A DNA stretch of 64,000 nucleotides from Clostridia bacterium (GTDB lineage Bacteria > Bacillota > Clostridia > Oscillospirales > UBA644), in contig JAGAOU010000044.1 of the NCBI GenBank assembly GCA_017623595.1, positions 68,914 to 132,913 on the forward strand. The letters are read 5' to 3'. Position numbers and translations under genes: made by a program. Below the pieces are notes generated by a model. The model had not been told where the DNA came from, searched no databases, and saw only the letters and a program-made list of their open reading frames with translations. Below, piece after piece: positions 9,187 through 18,620 of the stretch; position 1 is the stretch's first letter; each line of letters starts with the position of its first letter.

Positions 9187-10758
9187 ATGAAAAACATGAA
9201 AAAAGTTCTCGTTCTGCTCCTTGCTGTTCTGCTCCTTGCTACTTCTGTAGTTTCTTCTTTCGCTGAGGTTACCCCCGAGGTAACCAAGGCGAAAGCCGGT
9301 GAGACTGTTGAAATTGTTTTCAGCTACGATGATATCCCCGGCATCAGCGGTACCTTCGAATTTACGAATCCCGCACTTGTAAAAGAGTACACGATCACTT
9401 CTGACCCCGAGGCTGCCGCTAAAGGTACTTCCTACGCTTGGTTTGCCGGCAACGGAGCTGCTACCGGTGTTAAAATCACCGTCAAAGTCGTTGTTGCTGA
9501 TACAGTTCAGCCCGGCGATAAGTGCGATGTGATCTTTACCTATGAGCTCTCTGATAAAGACGGTAAGTTGCCTGCAACCCCCGACTATAAGGTCGATACC
9601 GCAACCATCGAGATTATAGACTCTTCTGTTTCTATTGATTATACCGGTTTGGATGAGCAAATTACCCGGTACGGCAATCTTATCAAGGATCAGTATACTG
9701 TAGATTCTTGGGCCGTCGCCGAAGCTGCTTATGAAGAAGCGATGAAGGTTCGCAACCAGTCCCCTGTAACACAGACGGAAGTTGATCATGCTGCAGATGC
9801 TCTGAAAAAGGCAATCGACAACCTTGTCCCCGTGCCTTCGGTTGATTACTCCAGACTGGAAAAGTTGATCGCTGATGCAAAGAGCATCAGTTCCCTCTTT
9901 GCTGAGTATACCGAAGATTCTTGGAATGCTCTGGAAGTTGCTCTGGCTGCCGGTGAAGCAGCTTTGAATTCCGATAGCCAGAAGGTTGTTAACGAGGCTG
10001 CGGATAACCTCGAAGCCGCTCTTCATGGTCTTAAAAGACTTGATTATAAGAAACTGAATGAGCAAATTGATGCGGCGAATGCCCTGAAGAAGGAAGACTA
10101 CACCGCAGATTCTTGGACCAAGCTGGAAAAGGCTCTTGCGGATGCTGTCGCCGCCAAGACCTCCAGAGTTCAGAAGGTTATCGATGACGCTGCCGATGCT
10201 TTGGAGGCTGCTATTAAAGCCCTCGTTCCTGTGTCTGTTCCTTCTGTTGATTACACTGAACTGAACAAGCAGATCGAAATTGCACAGGGCTTGAACAAGG
10301 ACGAATACACTGCAGATTCCTGGGCTAAGCTGGAAAAAGCTCTCGCCGACGCCATTGCTGCCAGAGAATCCAAGGTCCAGCAGGAAGTAGACGATGCCGC
10401 AAAGGCTCTTGCCGACGCCATCGCCGCTCTTGAAAAGAAGCCTGTGGTTATTCCTGTTGACTACACCAAGCTGGAAGAGGCCATCGAGAAGGCTCTGAGC
10501 CTGAAGGAAGAAGACTATACTCCCAATTCTTGGGCAAACCTGCAGAAGGCTCTTGCCGATGCAATTGCCGCAAGAAAGTCGAACGTTCAGTCTGAGGTTG
10601 ACGCTGCAATGAATGCTCTGAATGCCGCTATTGATGCTCTTGTTCCTGCAACCTCCGATAGCGTGGTCTCTCACCTCTGGATTGCACTCGCTGCATGCGT
10701 GGTAGTCCTCCTCGGCGTTCTTGCTCTGCGTTTCAGAAAAAGAACCTCTGAAAGATAA
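9187..10758 (+). CDS. membrane-anchored surface protein: signal peptide, cohesin-like N-domain, 5 FIVAR-like repeats, C-terminal TM helix
   Basis: Signal peptide ...SVVSSFA/EV. N-domain KAGETVEIVFSYDDIPGISGTFEFTNPALVKEY ... GDKCDVIFTYEL resembles the cohesin strand pattern. Repeats of form DY(T/S)xLxxxIxxAxxLxxxxYTxDSWxxLxxALxxA...VDxAAxAL. C-terminal helix HLWIALAACVVVLLGVLAL then RFRKR. Confidence 0.75.
   Translation: MKNMKKVLVLLLAVLLLATSVVSSFAEVTPEVTKAKAGETVEIVFSYDDIPGISGTFEFTNPALVKEYTITSDPEAAAKGTSYAWFAGNGAATGVKITVKVVVADTVQPGDKCDVIFTYELSDKDGKLPATPDYKVDTATIEIIDSSVSIDYTGLDEQITRYGNLIKDQYTVDSWAVAEAAYEEAMKVRNQSPVTQTEVDHAADALKKAIDNLVPVPSVDYSRLEKLIADAKSISSLFAEYTEDSWNALEVALAAGEAALNSDSQKVVNEAADNLEAALHGLKRLDYKKLNEQIDAANALKKEDYTADSWTKLEKALADAVAAKTSRVQKVIDDAADALEAAIKALVPVSVPSVDYTELNKQIEIAQGLNKDEYTADSWAKLEKALADAIAARESKVQQEVDDAAKALADAIAALEKKPVVIPVDYTKLEEAIEKALSLKEEDYTPNSWANLQKALADAIAARKSNVQSEVDAAMNALNAAIDALVPATSDSVVSHLWIALAACVVVLLGVLALRFRKRTSER
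9634..10650 (+). repeat. five tandem ~65-aa FIVAR-like repeats (intragenic)
   Basis: Repeat units begin IDYTGLDEQ, VDYSRLEKL, LDYKKLNEQ, VDYTELNKQ and VDYTKLEEA. DNA-level similarity is visible, e.g. gattcttggaccaagctggaaaaggctcttgcggatgc versus gattcctgggctaagctggaaaaagctctcgccgacgc. Confidence 0.7.
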
Positions 10759-10800
10759 TTATTGAATCCATCGGCACCATCAATAAGTTCGGTGACCAGT

Positions 10801-10828
10801 CCGGTGCGCCGCCTGTGCGGCGTGCCGG
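10801..10828 (+). promoter_or_regulatory. intercistronic GC-rich hairpin without U-tail
   Basis: ccggtgcgccgc-ctgt-gcggcgtgccgg, a 12-bp stem including two G-U pairs, followed by gtgggattt rather than a T-run. Confidence 0.4.
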
Positions 10829-10849
10829 GTGGGATTTCAAAACAAGGAT

Positions 10850-12355
10850 ATGAAAGATATGAAAAGAAAGTTAGTTAATTTAATATCGGTTTTGTTGCTC
10901 ATCGTTGTGTTATTGATGGCTACCGGTCTTTCGTCTTCTGCGAAGGTTATCACTCCTATGGCGGTTAATGTGACCCCGGGGGAGACGGTAACTGTTAAAT
11001 TCCAGTATGAAAAAATCATGGGATTTCAGGGACGTATTGTGTTTTCTTCCCCATCAGCTATCTCCAAATATACAGTTACCGGTGATACCCTGCAGACCAT
11101 GCCCGGTTCGGATGGTACGATTGCCGGATTTGGCCTGGCTGTGGTTGACCAATATACAATCACGCTGGTTCTTACTGTATCCGAAACCGCAAAAATAGGG
11201 GAGACCGTTACCGTTTCCTTAAAGGGCTATGGTACTGTTGATGGCGCGAACGATCCTCCTGAAGATCAATGGGGTGTTGAAAGCGTTTCTCTTACTATTG
11301 TGGAAAAACTTGAAACCGCAACTTTGCGCGACCTTATTTCTCAGGCGGAAGCCCTGAATCCCTCTGCTTACACCTCCAATACCTGGAAAACGTTGCAGTC
11401 CGCACTTACCAATGCGAAAAGTGCATTGAACAATGCCACCACTCAGCGGGATATCAATGCGGCCGCAGATGCTCTTCGGGATGCAATCAAAGGCCTTGAA
11501 GAACTTCCCAAGCCTCCCACCATTGACTACTCTTCTCTTTTGAAGCAAATCAAAATTGCAGAGGGTCTTGTGGAGCAGGACTATACCGCGGCTTCTTGGA
11601 AAAACATGAAGACCGCTTTGACCGCAGCACGTGCTGCCAAGTCCAGCACGAATCAGTCTGCGGTTGATTCTGCCGCAAATGCTCTGAAGGATGCAATCAA
11701 TGCCTTGGTTCCCGTTTCCGGAAGCAAAGTTGTCAATTTTGATGAGTTGAATAAGCAAATTGCCGCCGCAGAAGCATTGAAGGAATCCGATTATACCGCA
11801 GCTTCCTGGTCTGCCTTGGTTACTGCCCTTGCGAATGCAAAGGAAGCCAGAAGTTATACCTCTCAAAGCCGCGTAAATGCCGCAATGGAAGATCTGAAGA
11901 GTGCGATTGCTTCCCTTGAGAAGCTCAACCTTCAGCGTCTTTTGGATGCGATTGCCGCTTTGAAGGGATATGCAGATCAAGATGAACTTGCACAGTTGAT
12001 TGCTCAGATCAACGGGCTTTTGGCGAAGGCAGAGGAAGCGCTTCATAGCGGAGATCAGGCGATCATTGATTCCTGCGCTGTTGAACTGGAAAATCTGCTT
12101 CGCTCAATCCTCAGCAAACTGGAAGATCTCAAGCAGACGAACACCGTGATTGTTGAGAAGCCTGTTCCTACCGATCCCACCGATGATTTCTGTAATATCG
12201 GATCTCATATTGTTTGGATTGTTCTCTTCTGGATCAGCTTTGCTTCGAACGTTGCGGTTGCTGCATTTATTATCTCTTACTATTTCATGAAGAAAAAGAA
12301 GACCTCTGACGACACTCCTTTGGTGGATTATGACATCACCGATGATGTAGAGTAA
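10850..12355 (+). CDS. second membrane-anchored cohesin-like / FIVAR-repeat protein
   Basis: ORF 10829..12355; likely start ATG 10850 or 10859 (MKDMKRKLVNLISVLLLIVVLLMATGLSSSA/K). N-domain PGETVTVKFQYEKIMGFQGRIVFSSPSAISKY is paralogous to the previous gene. Three YT(S/A)xxW repeats. C-terminal TM helix IVWIVLFWISFASNVAVAAFIISYYF. Confidence 0.75.
   Translation: MKDMKRKLVNLISVLLLIVVLLMATGLSSSAKVITPMAVNVTPGETVTVKFQYEKIMGFQGRIVFSSPSAISKYTVTGDTLQTMPGSDGTIAGFGLAVVDQYTITLVLTVSETAKIGETVTVSLKGYGTVDGANDPPEDQWGVESVSLTIVEKLETATLRDLISQAEALNPSAYTSNTWKTLQSALTNAKSALNNATTQRDINAAADALRDAIKGLEELPKPPTIDYSSLLKQIKIAEGLVEQDYTAASWKNMKTALTAARAAKSSTNQSAVDSAANALKDAINALVPVSGSKVVNFDELNKQIAAAEALKESDYTAASWSALVTALANAKEARSYTSQSRVNAAMEDLKSAIASLEKLNLQRLLDAIAALKGYADQDELAQLIAQINGLLAKAEEALHSGDQAIIDSCAVELENLLRSILSKLEDLKQTNTVIVEKPVPTDPTDDFCNIGSHIVWIVLFWISFASNVAVAAFIISYYFMKKKKTSDDTPLVDYDITDDVE
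11314..11925 (+). repeat. three tandem FIVAR-like repeats (intragenic)
   Basis: Units centre on AYTSNTWKTLQSAL, DYTAASWKNMKTAL and DYTAASWSALVTAL, each followed by a (V/I)(D/N)xAAxxL segment. Confidence 0.6.
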
Positions 12356-12398
12356 AAACCGTTTGGAAACAACATAATTGCAAAAGGAGGTGTTTGCC

Positions 12399-13865
12399 TT
12401 GAGAGAACAGAATTGGAAACGGAAAGAATATGAATCCTGGGACGAAGCCTTTCGAGGCTTGACCCCGGTGGTTCGCCAGCAATCGGTTCGTGTCGCTGCA
12501 TATACTCAAGTTCTCTATGTTCAAGCTGTGAAAATGCATTTTGGAGAGAATACCGAGGCAGGCGCCGAGCGAATGAATGGTAAATATGCTGACTTTATGT
12601 ATAAATGCGGCATGTATCATCAGCTCGGCAAAGCCCTTGTTCCTCCGGAATATCAAGTGTTACAATCCGATTTTACCGAAGAAGAACATGCGGTATATAA
12701 AAAGTATACCACAGACGGACGCCTTTTGGTTGCAACATTGCAACAAAGAGGTGCGCGCGCTTCGGAGCGTCGGAAGAGCGAGTATGTTGAGCGCCCGACC
12801 AAAAACATCCTTTGGATGATCCTCCGTGAATGCTGCGAGCAGCACATGGAACGCTGGGACGGTTCGGGATATCCCCACGGCCTTCTCGGCAGTGACATCA
12901 GTGCACCCGCACAGATTGTGGGACTTGCCAAGGAATTGGATCGTCTGGCTTCCGAGATCCGCTCCGAAACCCCCTTCGATATCGCTTTTGACACCATTGT
13001 TGCCGCTTCCGGCAGGGATTGGTCTCCCGAATTGATTGAGGTTTTGAAAGCATCCCGCGAAAATTGTCTTTCTGTATACAATAAGTACATCAATTATACC
13101 CGCACCCTCCCCCGAACCGTTCCTCTTGTGGAGCGCCGTCCCGATCGTTCTATGGGGCTGAAGTACCGTCCCATGGCAGGGGCAGAGCTCAACAGTGTGC
13201 CTCTTTATGAAGCAATTCCTTGGTTTGGCGGTGTTGCGGATCAGCCCGGTGAAACCGAGCCCATTGAGGCTCTCCGGGAACTGTTCAAGCGAACTAATCT
13301 CGTGGAAGATATCTCTTGGTATCTTCTCTATGAAGCCGCCGACACTGTCTTGCGTATGCGTAACTGCAACCTGGCCGTGGAAGGTGTGCTCCTGCAGATG
13401 ATTCCCGAATTCTATAATCTTGGGACTCAGCTGCAACATTTCAACCGTCTTTTTGTCGATCAGCCCATTCCTAAGGAGAGCCTTCTTCTCACCATTCCTG
13501 CGGAGATTCTCCGTGGGGCAGGGAAGACCGCCCTTGAGATTCTCGAACGTTATCCCCGCAACGGTATTTGCCTTGTGGTGGACGATTTCCGTCCCGATGA
13601 CGAATGGACTCCCGAGCGTCTCATTGCCATGGGCATCACCCGTGTCCGCCTTCCTGTGGATCTTTATCTGACCCCCGAGGGGACTGTGATCCTTCAGGAT
13701 CTTCGCATTAAGGGCATCACCGTTCTCGGCAAGCATGCCGATACGCCCGAAGCCCTTGCGTGGCTCAATGACGGCGGCGCATACTGTTCTTCCGGCACCA
13801 TGGTTGGTGTTGAGGTCAGCGAGGACGAGATGATTCTCGACAGTCTGGCCCGAGAAGAATCCTGA
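12399..13865 (+). CDS. degenerate HD-GYP domain + degenerate EAL-like domain protein (probable c-di-GMP sensor, not an enzyme)
   Basis: Start at TTG 12399, 8 nt after GGAGG. The HD motif is replaced (CGMYHQLGKALVPPE) and HHExxDGxGYP reads QHMERWDGSGYPHGL. C-terminal half: YRPM...YEAIPWF (EAL becomes EAI), VVDDFRPDD (DDFGTG-like), VLGKHADTPE (EGVE lost). Confidence 0.6.
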   Translation: MREQNWKRKEYESWDEAFRGLTPVVRQQSVRVAAYTQVLYVQAVKMHFGENTEAGAERMNGKYADFMYKCGMYHQLGKALVPPEYQVLQSDFTEEEHAVYKKYTTDGRLLVATLQQRGARASERRKSEYVERPTKNILWMILRECCEQHMERWDGSGYPHGLLGSDISAPAQIVGLAKELDRLASEIRSETPFDIAFDTIVAASGRDWSPELIEVLKASRENCLSVYNKYINYTRTLPRTVPLVERRPDRSMGLKYRPMAGAELNSVPLYEAIPWFGGVADQPGETEPIEALRELFKRTNLVEDISWYLLYEAADTVLRMRNCNLAVEGVLLQMIPEFYNLGTQLQHFNRLFVDQPIPKESLLLTIPAEILRGAGKTALEILERYPRNGICLVVDDFRPDDEWTPERLIAMGITRVRLPVDLYLTPEGTVILQDLRIKGITVLGKHADTPEALAWLNDGGAYCSSGTMVGVEVSEDEMILDSLAREES

Positions 13866-13878
13866 TCGGTAAACTGTC

Positions 13879-14886
13879 ATGGCTGAGAATATCAAATCTC
13901 CCGAGCCCAAAATCCAAGGTGCCGCGAAAAAGCAGCGCGGACCCTTTAAAAAGCGCAGAGCAGGCGTCGTTCTTACCAAGGACGAGGTTATTGCCATCAA
14001 AGCGGGACGTAAGAAATTGCGCCGCGAAATGCGCGCTATGGGCATCAAAAACAGGAAGGAATTCGAGCTTACCGCTTCCAGCCTTGGGCTTTATTTCGAC
14101 AAGAATCGGCGGCTCGCCCTTCTTTGGTGGCTCCTGCGGGGGAGACTGTTCTGGCTGCTGCTTGGTTTGGGGGCATTGCTTTTGACGGCGTTGGCAGGGA
14201 TTTCCTACATCACCGAATTGCAAGGCCATTTCACCATCAGCATGACCGACGACCTCTTTCGGGAAGGCTTCACGCTTTCCGAGACCGTCGGCTTTGAGAA
14301 CCCCACCTCCCACCTCTTTGCCAGCCCGGCAGAAGGAGTCCCCTGTATCTCCATTAAGAATATCCCCACCAACGTGGATGATATTGACGGTCTGCACAAC
14401 GATGAGTATTTTGCTTACACCTTCTATGTCCGCAACGACGGCGAAACTGCCCAGGACTTGGAATGGAACCTTCTTGTCAATTCCGAGAGCCTTGGCATCT
14501 CCGATGCGGCATGGGTGATGCTCTTTGTTGACGGCAAAATGACCGTATACGCAAAGCCTGATGAAAACGGCAATTCTCAGATGTTGCCGGCGCAGGACGA
14601 CGACACCCGCGGTTATGAGAACCTGCCCCTTATTGAAAAAGCGGCAGATCCTCAAGGACAGTTCGAGACCGTTCGCAAGATCGGCGCAGCAGTTCGTTGG
14701 CGCGTTAAGCCAAAGAATTTCCTGTCCGGTACGGCGGTGGATGTCGGTCGGTTTTATAATGTACAGCCGAAGGAAGTCCACAAGTTTACAGTGGTGATTT
14801 GGCTGGAAGGGGACGATCCTCATTGTACCAACGAATTGATCGGCGGACATTTGGGGATGGAGTTCCATCTTGAACTTGTGGAATAA
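13879..14886 (+). CDS. TasA-like family member (335 aa) with ~75-aa basic cytoplasmic N-extension and a single TM helix
   Basis: K/R-rich N-terminus (GAAKKQRGPFKKRRAG ... GRKKLRREMRAMGIKNRKE). Helix LALLWWLLRGRLFWLLLGLGALLLTALAGISY. Ectodomain with FAYTFYVRNDGETAQDLEW, ending VVIWLEGDDPHCTNELIGGHLGMEFHLELVE, the motif shared with the 334- and 441-aa paralogues. Confidence 0.6.
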   Translation: MAENIKSPEPKIQGAAKKQRGPFKKRRAGVVLTKDEVIAIKAGRKKLRREMRAMGIKNRKEFELTASSLGLYFDKNRRLALLWWLLRGRLFWLLLGLGALLLTALAGISYITELQGHFTISMTDDLFREGFTLSETVGFENPTSHLFASPAEGVPCISIKNIPTNVDDIDGLHNDEYFAYTFYVRNDGETAQDLEWNLLVNSESLGISDAAWVMLFVDGKMTVYAKPDENGNSQMLPAQDDDTRGYENLPLIEKAADPQGQFETVRKIGAAVRWRVKPKNFLSGTAVDVGRFYNVQPKEVHKFTVVIWLEGDDPHCTNELIGGHLGMEFHLELVE

Positions 14887-15015
14887 TTCCACGTAACTTT
14901 GATTTTATCGGTGTTTGCGGGTTACGCTCCCCAAAAGCATCGCTAAAATAAACACATGGAAACATTCACGGTTGTTTCCGAAACAAAATTTTATTTCAGA
15001 AAGGAAATGAAAGAA

Positions 15016-17412
15016 ATGGAAAAAGACGAACGCAAAGTTGTCTACGGCATTCGTGGAAAACTCGTCTCTGCCGTGGCTATGCTCCTGGTCGCTTGCATCA
15101 TGGTTGTGTCTTCCACCTATGCATGGTTCACTCTTTCTACGGCTCCCGAAGTAAAGGGTATTTCCACTGCCGTCGGCGCCAACGGTGCCCTTGAAATGCT
15201 TCTTACTTCTTTTGATTCCAGTACCGGTGATATTTTTTCTGGAGACGGTCTGCAGACGGGTGTCACAGATGTTCCTACTCGAAACAAGTATTGGGGAAAC
15301 CTGGTCGATTTGAGCAGTAATACTGAGTATGGATCTAATTTGATTACACTCTACCCCTCCATGTTGGATTTGACCTTGACTGGCGGTTCTGTACCTGTTA
15401 CCGGTCCTGTTTTGTCTACTCCTGAGTATGGGGCAGATGGTCGGCTCGACGCTGTTGAGCGCAACGCAGTCTATGGCAAGTATGACGGTACGGCATTCTA
15501 TCCTGTTAATGACAATGACTACGGCTTCCGTGTCCTTGGTGTTGCTTCCGGTATGACTGAGCGCGAATTGGCATACCGCAATGCGCTTTCTAACATTAAA
15601 GTTAATATGGGTCTTGCCAAGAACTCTGCAGCTGCTTCTATTGAGAATAACGGATCGACTCTTGCCGATATTGCCGTTATTAAGGCTATGCTTGATAGTC
15701 CTAAATTCACTCAAGCACAGATTGATTCTATCTCTGCTATGATTCGTGAACTGAAGGTTGCTCTTGATAGCGTTGAAGAAGCTTACATCCAGTCTATCCT
15801 TGCTCTCGCTGCAAGTGCGGCTGTGCAAGATGAGGCTGGCTATACTGCTATATCGAACTCCATTAATGGATTGACTCGCGTTAGCGGTTCTTCGACTGAT
15901 CTTGATGGAATTATTTCTAACTTGGAAACTGTTGGGGTGTCTTTGCCCGCTAATCTTTCTGCAGGTATTGATGCGTATAAGGCTTCTTTGGCCAATGTTG
16001 TTGCTGCTGAAGGCTTGATTCCGACATCCGGTACAAGTGGTGACACAAATTCTCCCTATCTTTGGGAAGATTTTGATGACGCTTTAAATAAGTTGGTTAA
16101 TATCAACACTATTGAGGTTAATGGTAGTTCTACTATTGACAAAGACAAGATTGCAGGAGACGTTTTTGCAGGTAGAGGTATTACTGTTACTATGCCTACT
16201 GGTTCCGGTGTGTATGCTGATATTGCCGACCAGTGCGGCGACTATTCTGCAGGTATTAAAATTAGTGGCAAAGAGTTGGGTATTAACGAAAGCGCTCCTG
16301 CTACTATGAACACTAAAACTGATATGACAACCGCAGCTAAGGGCGGCTATGTTTATTTGGATGCTGCACACAATGCTGCGTCCGCCGCTGGAACGCCCGA
16401 CACCTCTGGTACTGCAAAGCCTCTTACGGAATTCTATGGTTATGTTATTGACCTTTCTTTCAGAACAAATGCTGCGCAGTCGAAGCTGTTGTTACAGGCT
16501 GAAGGTGTAGATCGTATATATGAGGATAACAATAACGATAATACCATGGGCAGCGGAAGCACCATGACATTCAAAACTGTTGATCCGAGTTTTACCACTG
16601 ATAATATGAGAAACCTCATGGGCAACATTCGAATTGTTTTCTTTGATACTAAGACCGGTACGATTTATGCTCAAGCTCGACTGGAAACCTCTGAAGATGA
16701 AACTCAGACTACGGCAGATGGTATTGTTGCAGAAATGTATATTCCTTTGACTGTTGATGCCTATAAGTATACAATAACGGAAGGTCAGACTTCGACGGAT
16801 TATATTGTGTTCAGAACAGAGACAACAACTGGTGAGGGTGATTCGGCCGTTACGACCTATACCTACTACTCTGACTATGAGAAGACTAAACTTGTTACTC
16901 TTCCCGCCGGTGTTTCTGATCAGGATGTAGTTGCAACAACGACTGAAATCAAGAGCTATGAAATCGCAGATTTGAATCAGAATCAGGCTAAGTATGTATC
17001 TGCACTTGTTTATTTGGATGGTACAACGATTACCAACGCAGATGTTGCTGCCTCTGCTGCTGCCTCTATGACCGGTAAGGTTAATTTCCAGTTTGCAAGC
17101 TCTGCCACCTTGGTTCCTATGGAATATAGTGATCTCCATATTACTGATCAGGTTCCCACTATTACGAAGGATGTAACTATTGAGGCTGACGGTACTGACA
17201 AAACGATCGTTCTTTCCGGGCAGAATGCTACAACCTTTGTGTTTGACGGAACTGCTCCTACAGGATTGTCTATCTCCGGTACAAACTTGACGGTTACCAA
17301 GGATGCCGTAGCGCGTGATTATATTATTCTCGGTAAGGCCTCGGCGGATGCTGATGCAGAAACCTTGGTAAAGATCAAGCTTACCGTAGTGAATAACTAC
17401 GTTGCTCCTTAA
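15016..17412 (+). CDS. large SipW-type-signal, TasA-like family protein (~798 aa)
   Basis: ORF 14956..17412; ATG 15016 has the best RBS spacing (15007 is possible). N-terminus LLVACIMVVSSTYAWFTLSTAPEVKGISTAVGANGALEM. Core motifs YVIDLSFRTNAAQSKLLLQA and ALVYLDGTTITNADVAASAAASMTGKVNFQFASSATLVPM are nearly colinear with the 1704-aa protein. Confidence 0.7.
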   Translation: MEKDERKVVYGIRGKLVSAVAMLLVACIMVVSSTYAWFTLSTAPEVKGISTAVGANGALEMLLTSFDSSTGDIFSGDGLQTGVTDVPTRNKYWGNLVDLSSNTEYGSNLITLYPSMLDLTLTGGSVPVTGPVLSTPEYGADGRLDAVERNAVYGKYDGTAFYPVNDNDYGFRVLGVASGMTERELAYRNALSNIKVNMGLAKNSAAASIENNGSTLADIAVIKAMLDSPKFTQAQIDSISAMIRELKVALDSVEEAYIQSILALAASAAVQDEAGYTAISNSINGLTRVSGSSTDLDGIISNLETVGVSLPANLSAGIDAYKASLANVVAAEGLIPTSGTSGDTNSPYLWEDFDDALNKLVNINTIEVNGSSTIDKDKIAGDVFAGRGITVTMPTGSGVYADIADQCGDYSAGIKISGKELGINESAPATMNTKTDMTTAAKGGYVYLDAAHNAASAAGTPDTSGTAKPLTEFYGYVIDLSFRTNAAQSKLLLQAEGVDRIYEDNNNDNTMGSGSTMTFKTVDPSFTTDNMRNLMGNIRIVFFDTKTGTIYAQARLETSEDETQTTADGIVAEMYIPLTVDAYKYTITEGQTSTDYIVFRTETTTGEGDSAVTTYTYYSDYEKTKLVTLPAGVSDQDVVATTTEIKSYEIADLNQNQAKYVSALVYLDGTTITNADVAASAAASMTGKVNFQFASSATLVPMEYSDLHITDQVPTITKDVTIEADGTDKTIVLSGQNATTFVFDGTAPTGLSISGTNLTVTKDAVARDYIILGKASADADAETLVKIKLTVVNNYVAP

Positions 17413-17450
17413 CCACGGTTGTTAATACATCTCTCTGATTGAGAATTTCG

Positions 17451-17480
17451 TCCCCCTGCCCGTGATTCGCGGGCGGGGGA
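17451..17480 (+). promoter_or_regulatory. intra-operon GC-rich hairpin (possible partial terminator or processing site)
   Basis: tccccctgcccg-tgattcg-cgggcggggga, 11 bp with one bulged T and no U-tail. Confidence 0.4.
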
Positions 17481-17530
17481 GACGCGGACTCGCCTCAATT
17501 CTTCGCTGACACTTAACGGAAGGTTTTAAC

Positions 17531-18535
17531 GTGGAACATCAAGCAAATACCCCAACCAAACGCAGACCAAGCAGAAAAACGATGCTCTTCATCTATTTCT
17601 ACCTGATTCTGCTCCTCTTGGCTCTCTCCACGGTGGCCACCTATACATGGTTTTCTCTCTCAAGAACGCCGCAAGTCAGCAATCTGTCCATGTACGTGAC
17701 CTCCCGCTCCGGTTTGGAGCTTGCTCTCGCCCCCGACAGCGAGACCTGGGGAAGCCACCTCTCTTACCTTGATATGGTGCAGGATTCCATACCACTCCGT
17801 CCTGTCACCTGGTCGGAAAAAGATCAAAGATTCTATGCAGCGGTTTTTGGCATCGACGGCAGGCTTACAGGTCAGTGGGAGCCTCTGTCGGATGAGCGTA
17901 ATGCCAATCGCGACAACTACGAAGGTTATTATGTTGTGGGAACCTTTTATGCCCGCACGGGCCAAGATGTTACCGTCTCCCTGACCCACGCCATGGAGGT
18001 TGAAGAGGGCATCAACGGATCGGGCACCTATCTTATCGGTACCCCCAAATGGGACGCCGACCAACTCGCACATTCCAACGCCGGTCAGGGCGCCGAAAAC
18101 GCCGTCCGCATCGGCATCCGCATTACTCCTTTGGACGCAAACAATCAACCCATCTCCCAAGAAGAGACCTTTTTTATCTACGAGCCCAACTGTGACACTC
18201 ATCTCGACGGCTCGCAAGGATACAAAGAGACCCTCAGCATCGACGGAGATACCTCACTTATCCCCAAGGATCGCTTGATTCTTCAGTCTCACACCACGTG
18301 GACCGAATCCGATCCTGTGCAAAATGGTGTGCAAAACTTCACCTTCGGAGAGTTCTTGACCCCGGTCGAGCTCTTTTCTCTGGATTCCAATCAGAAGGTG
18401 ATGATCCGTGTCTATCTTTGGTTGGAGGGCCAGGACGTGGATTGCACAAACGCCATCAAGGAAGCTCAAATCCTTGCAAACCTCCAGTTCCGAGCAGATC
18501 CGGACAATCAATCCGGTATGACTCCATACGAGTAA
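17531..18535 (+). CDS. SipW-type-signal, TasA-like family protein (334 aa)
   Basis: GTG start 7 nt after GGAAGG. N-terminus LLLLALSTVATYTWFSLSRTPQVSNLSMYVTSRSGLELA. Motifs VRIGIRITP, FFIYEPNCDTHLDG and RVYLWLEGQDVDCTNAIKEAQILANLQFRA. Confidence 0.7.
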   Translation: MEHQANTPTKRRPSRKTMLFIYFYLILLLLALSTVATYTWFSLSRTPQVSNLSMYVTSRSGLELALAPDSETWGSHLSYLDMVQDSIPLRPVTWSEKDQRFYAAVFGIDGRLTGQWEPLSDERNANRDNYEGYYVVGTFYARTGQDVTVSLTHAMEVEEGINGSGTYLIGTPKWDADQLAHSNAGQGAENAVRIGIRITPLDANNQPISQEETFFIYEPNCDTHLDGSQGYKETLSIDGDTSLIPKDRLILQSHTTWTESDPVQNGVQNFTFGEFLTPVELFSLDSNQKVMIRVYLWLEGQDVDCTNAIKEAQILANLQFRADPDNQSGMTPYE

Positions 18536-18620
18536 GCCTCGGTTTTTGCCCATACAAAACTTTTTTCGCGCCGTGCCCATTAATTTTATGTGACCGACTT
18601 CCCGCGGTCAGGAGGCATTT

